Shown: one piece after another, positions 55,801-64,000 of the stretch
Numbering within the stretch: position 1 is the stretch's first letter
Layout of the letters: each line of letters begins with the position of its first letter
Assembly (NCBI RefSeq): GCF_947568905.1
Contig: NC_079167.1
Span: 1,240,001 to 1,304,000, forward strand
DNA length: 64,000 nucleotides
Source: Ostrea edulis
Lineage: Eukaryota
Direction: 5' to 3'
Notes under the pieces: generated by a model
Told to the model about the DNA's origin: nothing
The model's input: the letters and a program-made list of their open reading frames with translations, nothing else
The model's database searches: none
Position numbers and translations under genes: made by a program

Positions 55801-57038
55801 TAATACTGTGATATAATTTTAATTCTCGGGGGGCCAATGTTCGTGGGTAAATTTTTCTGGTTCGTGGGGACGTAATTTCGAGGGTAAGCGATACGATGTC
55901 GATAGGAGAGATAACTCTACTTGATTTATAAAAATGTTTGAGGACACGTAAATTCGTGTGTAAGAGTGATCCACGGACATCAAATTGGTTATGATGCTCC
56001 ACCTCTGTTTATTGTCGACTGCAAGCTAGACGAACAATCTTGTGCAAGAAGGATTTCCAAATAGAATGCATGCCCATCTTACCGCGAATCCGTGAACCTA
56101 GGCGCGTTTCTATCCGTGTCAATCGCGTGTTCCCCAGTACAAGAGTATTTGGGGACCGGGAAGGGTGTATGGGGCACTGGGACTAGCCCCTAGGCGGAAC
56201 GTTCAGAGAATGGTGTATGTGATTATGGTTTACCTAACTGGGGCTTAACGTTGGCTACTCTCCCCCCTCTCCCCTACAAACAGTGGTGCCAGACTGTGTC
56301 TGAAAATGAGCAGAAGGCACCTGCTGCTGATAGGGGGCGGTCATGGCAAAGATGTGGTGCATATATGTGCTCGCATAACCACCAACCATGGGGGATACCA
56401 AAGAGTACCTGTATGTGTACTGGGCACCCTCTCAGACATAGAGTCAAGGAAATGGAACGAGTAGGTTTTGCGAAGTTGTACTGAATGGTAAAGGGCCAGA
56501 GGGCCCTGTGAGGAGATCAGGACAATGGAGGGACTATGGGAGCTGGTGAGTTCCGGGGGGTAACCCCCAGCTCCAACAATAGGGCAACTAAGGAATACGG
56601 TCCTGGTGTAGGGATATGCTGGCGCTGACTAGAACCCTTGATACAAACCCTGACTGAACTGACCTGGGGTCTGGTCATCAACTTATCGGTGAGGGAGTTG
56701 GGCTGATCTCCCCGACACTGGGGTGAATGGATGCAGTAACGGGGGTATGCTATTCTGGGAGATTTCCAGAACTGGATATGTAACCCTCAACTGTATAGTC
56801 GTAGTAGGCCTCACTGGGACATCGGGCATAACTGACCCCCTCCCCTACGGGGGACGAGTAGTCGTCAACCAACCTATCTATGTCCCTAAACCTTCGGGCA
56901 TCATGGCTAGAACTTAGGGCCTTTCATACCGCCGTGGACACTCCCACACCATAATTTATTCATAATTATCATAGTCAATGGGTTTATCTGAGCCTGTCCA
57001 TTTTTAGAACAAAAGATGTAATGTTTTAAGTAGGATAT

Positions 57039-57135
57039 AAGCCTCAAACTGTCCATTCTGTGAGAGAAAGAATTGATCTCGGCCCTACGGGCCTCAGTCA
57101 GTTCTTTCTCTCAGAGAATGGACAGTTTTTGGCTT
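57039..57135. repeat. ~97-bp hairpin centred on GGCCCTACGGGCC (Crypton-like non-autonomous end, tentative)
   Basis: Arms AAGCC..AAACTGTCCATTCT.TGAGAGAAAGAA.TGA. Lies between 40-bp direct repeats at 56911-56950 and 57159-57198. Confidence 0.5.
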
Positions 57136-57182
57136 AAGCCTTTACAGAAAACAACTCTAACTTAGGGTCTTTCATACCGCCG

Positions 57183-57270
57183 TGGACACTCCCACACCGT
57201 GGGCACTCCCACACCGTGGACACTCCCACACCGTGGGCACTCCCACACCGTGGGCACTCCCACACCGTGG
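57183..57270. repeat. 17-bp tandem repeat GTGG(A/G)CACTCCCACACC, ~5 copies
   Basis: Direct observation. Confidence 0.85.
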
Positions 57271-57627
57271 GTTGTCTAAACTAAAGTCTACATTGCCTAC
57301 CAACACACTCATATGTAAATTCGGGGACGCGGTGTTATGCCGCGCGATCGCTGGAGTATCCGGGGAGTGGCTTGCAACACAGAGAACACTTAATCCATAG
57401 ATAAATCCATCACATTTGTACACAAAAAAATTACAAAGCTATTAAATTGTGATTAAAACATGTCTAAATAATGGATCCTGGCTATCTAAAACAATTACTA
57501 AATCTAAATTTAATTCAAATAAAAAAAAACCCATCAACTAAATTGACAATCTAATTAGAATTAGATGTTATATCCGCTCGCGTACTCGCATACATACTCT
57601 GATTCGGCGACAAAATTGGGGGGGGGG

Positions 57628-57630
<3 letters not shown>

Positions 57631-57677
<47 letters not shown>
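57631..57677. repeat. (GA)n microsatellite
   Basis: Direct observation. Confidence 0.9.
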
Positions 57678-57682
<5 letters not shown>

Positions 57683-58185
57683 TAAAACTGTAACATATTT
57701 CAAATCAGCACATTTGGAGGCATCGCATTGAAATCAGACACCTGCAAAATTAGCATTGAATTATTCAACATTTTTTTTCTTTTTCTTTCTTTCTTTTTTT
57801 TTTTTTTTTTTTTTATACATTATTTGAAACTATTACACCGATGACCATGATGACAGCGGTTAAGTTCGAAATATCCAAAATTATCAGAACAAGAATTTCC
57901 TTTCTTTTTGAAACCGAGTTTGTACTTTCTCTATGTTGTTTCGAAAGTAGGATATGAAACGTAAACATTTCGGCTTTGCGCAGAATGTCGAAGATAAATA
58001 AACGCCTTGTGAGAGACAGATTAGCAAACTGGGAGTCTCGCGGCATTCCTTTGACCACATTATCAACGAAACAAAAGGACATATGCATACAATTATCGTC
58101 AACAGTGAACGAAAGACGAATACCGTCCAACGTGAGTCTAAAATTACTTGTGTGTGCGTGTCACATCTAGTCGTCAATTTCACTG

Positions 58186-58859
58186 GCACTTGAAGTGTGG
58201 ATAGCTTGTATACATCTTATGTGGGTCCTTCTAGAATGACTAGAAATTATTTTTATACAGAACCAATAATTTATAAATCCAAAAAGAAAATGTTATTTCC
58301 CCATCGATCACCCTCAAGTGTAATGTCCTGATTGACCTGATGGGCAATAATTCTATCTACACTAAAGCATATATTATGATTTGTCCTAATTGAATATACG
58401 TTTTTCTTTCATAAAATAATAATTTTAAAAAATTATATGCATTTTAATGATTCATCATTTCCTAACATAACTTTTTAATATCATATTTTAAAAACATGTT
58501 TTATTGTAGATAGAATTATTGTCCATCAGGTCAATCAGGTCATTACGCTTATTAGGTCATTACACCGACCTCACTCATATGTCATTCTGAATAGCCAATT
58601 TCTTCCTTTTGTAAGCTTTTGAGATGACTACTTGTGAGATACTAATATATGTATTAGTGTCTCACAAGTGGTCATCTCAAAAGCTTACAGAAGGTAGAAA
58701 CTGACTATTCAGAACAACTTATAAGGATCGGTGAGGAAATAACATACTGGATAAATTATTGATTCTGTATGAAAGTAATTTCGAGTCATTCTAGGAAGTG
58801 GGGGGGGGGGGGTATTATGTACATAAGATCTATATACAAGCTATCCACACTTCAGGTGC
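58186..58859. mobile_element. Palindromic MITE with GCAC(T/C)TGAAGTGTGGATAGCTTGTATA TIR and CTG TSD
   Basis: CTG at 58183-58185 and 58860-58862. Further nested inverted repeats inside. Confidence 0.8.
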
Positions 58860-59749
58860 CTGTGGTCAATTTTATAAGTGCATCCAGAAAAGTGTTTCTA
58901 CGAAGTAAGATACCTATACTGAGCGTAGCAAGCACTTTGTAGAAGCATTTTGGTGGACTTATTGATAAAATTTCTAGAAAGTCTCTATCAAAACAACTTT
59001 TCACTTACTTCATGTTACTTGCACATTGGTCGTGCTAATTAATGTAACTAATTATACACATTATTATCTGATAAAAGTATAGAAAGTATATTTATTTCAG
59101 TTTTGTGGGGTTAAAACTAAGATATTATCAAATAAGATATATAGTTATCACATTTTTTAAGATGCAAAACAGACATAAACAGAATCGTATAATATGTTTT
59201 ACGGTGTGACCATTGAGACGAGCGAAGACTTTCACATCTTGCAACACAACTTTAGACATTTAATCCTCTTATTCATTTGACTTGGGAAACATGATGCAGT
59301 TGATGTAAAAAGTGCATTGTGACGTCATATTAAATGCAATGTTTTTGCTTTCAAAACAGCAATTATCAACAACAATTAAACGTTCATGTACAAAGATATG
59401 GGAAAGCTTGGCTGGAATATAGAAACATTTGTGGTACTTTCTAAACAATTTATTTATTTTATCTATGGGGTTGTTAATGAAGTATACTATAGTGATGGCG
59501 ACATTTTTCTAGAAGCAGTAGGCCTTATGGGTAATCCTCATCATTTTTCAGTTGATGAAGAGGAAATCATGGGACTCACATGTGTAATCATCAAAGCGAG
59601 CTTTGCTCGCTATCAATCAACGTCAGAAAATTGCAATTTTCCTTAAACAGCATTATCAAAATTTCACAAAAACTGGTTATAGCAATGATATGTCCTACGA
59701 CATGCCCGTGTTTGAGGGCTTCATTTTTGAGGAATACTAGTTCATTTTG

Positions 59750-60680
59750 CATTTCAGCTGGATTTGTCTGTCCTTGATCTACTTTCAGGCTAAAAGTAGG
59801 TCAAGCAGTTTTCCTACTTTTTTCATTACGGATATAGATATTGCCCAGAAATTTAGTCACAAGCTTCCTTTCAGGGAATACAAGATCAGTTTGTATTTCA
59901 GCTTGATTGGTTCGTCCGCCTGTCTGTGTGTCAGTCCAAGGTCATGTTTTCCAGACTTTTTCTGTAACAGATGCATGTACAGCATTGAAATTTGGTCACA
60001 ATTTTTTCCTCAAGAAGTAGAAGAATGAGATTTCATTTCAGATGGATTAGTGTACTGTGACCTACTTTCGGGCTAAAAGTAGGTCAAACAGTTTTCTGGA
60101 TTTTTTATACGGCCGCATAAAAATGCTATATTATGCTATATACCACTGTCGTCCGTCTGTCCCTTTAACTTTGTCTTCACAACTCCTCCTAAACCCTTTG
60201 GGGGATTTTCATGAAACTTGGAACAAAGAAAGATCACAATGTGGAGGTGTGCATACTGCAAGGGGAATGCTGTTCAATGTTTTTGAAAGGAGTTATGGCT
60301 CTTGGACTTTTTTCCCCCTATTCTAAATACTTTGTCTTTGCAACTCCTCCTAAACCCTTTAGGTAATTTTGATGAAACTTGGTACAAAGAAAAGATCACA
60401 ATGTGGAGATGTGCATATTACAAGGGGAATGCTGCACCACTATTTTTGAAGGAGTTAGGGCCCTTGGACTTAGATTTATTTTATGCAAGTACCTTGTTTT
60501 CACAACTCCTCTTAAACCCGTTCGGGGATTTCAATGAAATTTAGTACAAAGGAAGATCACAATGTGTAGATGTGCATATTAGAAGGGGAATGCTGTCCCA
60601 CTATTTTTGAAGGAGTTACACCCTTGGACTTAGATTTGTTTAATGCAAAATACATTGTTATTGCAACTCCGATGAAATCT
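59750..60680 (+). mobile_element. Nested HINE-like repeats with ~160-bp monomers
   Basis: TTTTTTATACGGCCGCA start at ~60101, GTCC microsatellite, three AACTCCTC.TAAACCC...GATCACAATGTG monomers. Confidence 0.55.
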
Positions 60681-61085
60681 TTTGTGGATAATCAGGGGTC
60701 TAGAATTATGCTTTACCGTTGCCCGGGGCAAGTGCAATGTCATCTCAGGAAACAGACCTAGAGTGATAAGCTTACCTGCACAGGAAAGCAATAAATTTTG
60801 GAATGAATCTTTATTCAGATCAATTAAACTTAATACTGACCACGTTAGATTATCAGTACAACTACAAGAATGTAACTTAGTTTATCTAAGCTAGTGCGCA
60901 TTTCACTACCAGTAGTTACGTTGCTTATCTAATATCAAAACCAATCCGGATAACCTGCAGAATTCCAGAATGACTTCTGACACACAACGGTGTATGAATC
61001 TGATTACTTTGTTCTAGTTGTGATTAAATGACTTGATATTTCAGCAGAGTAATGAAATTTACAATCAATTATTATCTCTTGTGGT

Positions 61086-61710
61086 TTTTATACCCCCCGC
61101 AACAAAGTTTTTTTTGGGGGGGGGGGGGGGGGGGGGGGGGGGGCTTTCCACCTACACTTACCACATCATACATATGGATTACCCATGGGACGAAGATGTT
61201 CCCTATCGATTTTGAGGTCAAAGATCAAGTGCACTGGACATTGAAATAACAATATGGTTTCCGGGCTGTAAAGTGTTATCCTTTCCACCTACAATCACCA
61301 TATCATACATATGGACTACCCAAGGGCGAAGATGTTCCCTATTGAATTTGGGGTCAAAAGGTCAAAGGTCAAACACACTGGACATCGAAGTAACAATATG
61401 CTTTCCGGGCTCTAAAGCATTATCCTTTCCACCTAAGTCACCATATCAAACATATGGACTACCCATGGGATGAAGAAGTTCCCCATTAAATTTGGGGTTC
61501 AAATGTCAAGTGCACTGGACATCGATGTAGCAATATGGTTTCCGGTCTCTAAAGTGTTATCCTTTCCACCTACAGTGACCATATCATACATATGGACTAC
61601 CCATGGGACGAAGATGTTCCCTATCAACTTTGGGGTCAAAGTTTCAAAGGTCAAGTGCACTCCTAGAGAAGAGACTACCCAAGGTTTTGTCATGCCCTTT
61701 CTTTTCTAAA
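61086..61710 (+). mobile_element. HINE-like element with ~156-bp monomers (family of 41082-41544)
   Basis: TTTTTATACCCCCCGCAAC start; repeated TTTCCACCTAC.GTCACCATATCATACATATGGACTACCCATGGG. Confidence 0.7.
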
Positions 61711-61774
61711 TCTAAGTTGTCTTGTTTTCTTCTAGAGTTTAATTTTCAATATCTATTTATTTCTTGTTTAAAGA

Positions 61775-62236
61775 GCATCCTGACATAGTGCAGATTCAAG
61801 TTTGTTAAAATCATGGCCCCCGGAGGTTGGATGGGGCCACAATAGGGGATCAAAGTTTTACATACAAATACATAGGAAAAATCTTTAAAAATCTTCTTCT
61901 CAAGAACCATTGAGCCAGAAAAGCTGATATTTACATGAAAGCTTCCTGACATAGTGCAGATTCAAGTTTCTTCAAATCATGGCCCCTGGGGGTTGGATGG
62001 GGCCACAATAGGGGATCAAAGTTTTACATAGAAATATATAAGGAAAACATTAAAAATCTTCTGATGAAAAATCACTGGGCCAGAAATGTTTACATTCACA
62101 TGAAAGCTTCCTGACATAGTCCAGATTCAATTTTGAAAAAAAAACATGGCCCCTGGGAGTAGGTTATGGCCACAATAGGGATCAAAGATTTACATGCGAA
62201 TATATAGGAAAAATCTTTAGATATGAGCCAAGGTTA

Positions 62237-62271
<35 letters not shown>
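61775..62271 (+). mobile_element. 3' part of a HINE with three ~166-bp Cg170-like satellite monomers
   Basis: CCTGACATAGT recurs at 61779, 61945 and 62110. End CAGGTGAGCGATGTGGCCCATGGGCCTCTTGTT. Confidence 0.75.
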
Positions 62272-62274
<3 letters not shown>

Positions 62275-62545
62275 AATATTTTTACCTATCACTGCGAAAA
62301 GTAATTATCATCTATCTATCTATATTTATATCCTTGTGTTTAGAGTTTTTAGAAAAATTCAAGACAATTAACCTTACATCTGATTAAATTGCAATATTAC
62401 ATGTAACAAGGTCAGATTTCATGCTTTTTATGAACTCTCTTCTGTTATTGTCTTACTAATAAGTGAACACTTCCCAAGGTAAGCGTGACTAACCCTTCAT
62501 CAGTAAGTTAACTAATTAATAATACCTTTTGCCTGTCATCTTCAG

Positions 62546-62671
62546 CTACCAGAGGATGATGATCAATTGGTATTGCCTCATAAACAACTGGAATCCAGTA
62601 CAGGGGGCTCTGTCGTTCATGAAGAATTTCAGAAAAGTGCACCACCAGAAAAAGCAGAAACAGCACAGATG
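62546..62671 (+). CDS. Candidate internal exon of an unidentified host gene (LPEDDDQLVLPHKQLESSTGG...KAETAQM)
   Basis: 126 nt, open in phase 0, bounded by a pyrimidine tract + TTCAG and by GTAATC. No homology recognised. Confidence 0.4.
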
Positions 62672-62948
62672 GTAATCTGAACACATAAATAAATTAACCC
62701 ACCAGACAGTTCATAAATTAAGAAAGAATAAATAAGAACAGGATATATATACTATAGCGGAAAAAAGAAACTGCATTATTTAATATATGAAAAAATAATA
62801 AAAGATACAATGAACAAATTTTATTTTTTGTAATACTGTTAACAAATGTATTCGTTACAACATTTCATAATCCATTAATGTTAACGTCGAATAGCGTCAA
62901 TTTCAGCACACTTGAAAGACACTGGTATTCGAACTTGAATTAACAAAG

Positions 62949-63962
62949 TTAATAACGCGTGTGACCACCATTTGCATTCATGCATGCATGACAACGGCGC
63001 CTCATTGATGCCACTAAAGTGTTCAGAAATGCTTGAGGGATGTTGTTCCAGATGTTGGTTAAAGCCTGGCCAAAATCAGCCAATGTCACTGGCTGAATTG
63101 GTAAACGGCGTAGACGTCGTTCCATTTCATCTTAGACGTGCTCAATCGGCGATAAATCGGGGGAAACAGCTGGCCAAGGCAAGACATCGACATTCTGTTG
63201 AACAAAAAAGTCTCTGACTACACGTGCAACATGTGGCCTTGCGTTGTCTTGCTGCAGAGTGATGTGATTTTGCTGTCTCTGTATGAAGGGTATCACATGG
63301 TGCTGAATAATTTCGTCTCGATAGCGTACGCCGGTGAGATTTCCATTGACAATTTGTAGAGGGGTCCTTCCATGTGCTGTTATTCCACCCCACACCATAA
63401 CACTACCTCCACCGAATTGTCGACGTTGCACAACACAGGCGTCCTGGTACAGCTCCCCAACGCGACGATACACTTTACAACGGCCGTCACTGCTATCTAA
63501 ATGAAATCTGGATTCATCAGTGAACAGAATATTGGCCCAGTCCTGTATTCTGAATCACAGATGTCGTCTGCACCACACTAGTCTAGCGATACGATGACGT
63601 TGAAGCTGTATTGGGCGCACCGCTGGATGTCTTGGTCTGATGTTGTGCTAGCGCAGACAATTACGCACAGTTCTTGGACTGATTGGTCGAAGTCCAGGAA
63701 TGCTACGAGCAGTCAAACTTACTGTCTGGAAACAATTTCTCAGGTGCACAAGTCTAATGTGGTTGTCCTGTCGACGCGACGTCACACGAGGACGCCCAGA
63801 ACGTGGTCGATCCCGAGTGTTACCAGATTGTTGGAAACGTCTCCATAATGACTGGATGGTGTTCCGATGAACTCCAAAATGTCTTTCTATGATATTTTGT
63901 GCCAATCCAGCTTGAAGCATCCAAACAGCACGATTACGTTGGTTTTCGCTGAGTCGTGGCAT
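62949..63962 (-). pseudogene. Tc1/mariner DD34E transposase pseudogene (three in-frame stops, no frameshift)
   Basis: MPRLSENQRNRAV...GRPRVT HTH region; FTDESRF, QQDNARPH and SPDLSPIEH, with 34 residues between the second D and the E. Probable terminus near 62750; the other end lies beyond the window. Confidence 0.92.
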
Positions 63963-64000
63963 GACAGAAGGGTAAATTTTGTCAAAACTAAAGTGCTTTC

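Noticed and set aside
56050-56910. GC-richer segment with several 60-80 aa ORFs, possibly an LTR or DIRS remnant
   Set aside because: No terminal repeats, primer-binding site or protein motif could be supported from the sequence.
33697-61143. Long poly-G runs (33697, 42701, 52079, 58800, 61107) as G-quadruplex elements
   Set aside because: They sit inside TE copies whose relatives have short G tracts, so they are probably slippage or homopolymer-length errors.

Overview
Eukaryotic, AT-rich invertebrate DNA, most likely a Crassostrea/Magallana-type oyster (inferred from ~166-bp Cg170-like satellite monomers inside Helentron-type non-autonomous elements). About 190-34116 is the end of a tandem replication-dependent histone gene array. 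It holds one complete unit (H2A-, H2B+, H4-, H3-, H1-) and a second unit truncated before H1, and the two units can be compared base by base. The spacers carry seven young RTE-X-like LINE insertions (six are absent from the sister unit; the seventh lies where no comparison is possible) plus at least five older RTE-X-type 3' tails, while none was recognised in the other 30 kb. From 34.1 to 64 kb is a transposon-dense region. It contains a MULE transposase C-terminal fragment with a 58-bp minisatellite and a 14.8-kb element (36326-51144) with TIRs and a perfect 9-bp TSD. That element carries a decayed multi-exon CARF/ALS2CR8-like gene and a 33-bp minisatellite resembling its own TIR core. Also present are many Helentron-type elements, an L2-group LINE, several MITEs and a Tc1 (DD34E) pseudogene. 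Family assignments rest on recalled motifs, not database searches. Many boundaries are approximate to a few bases.
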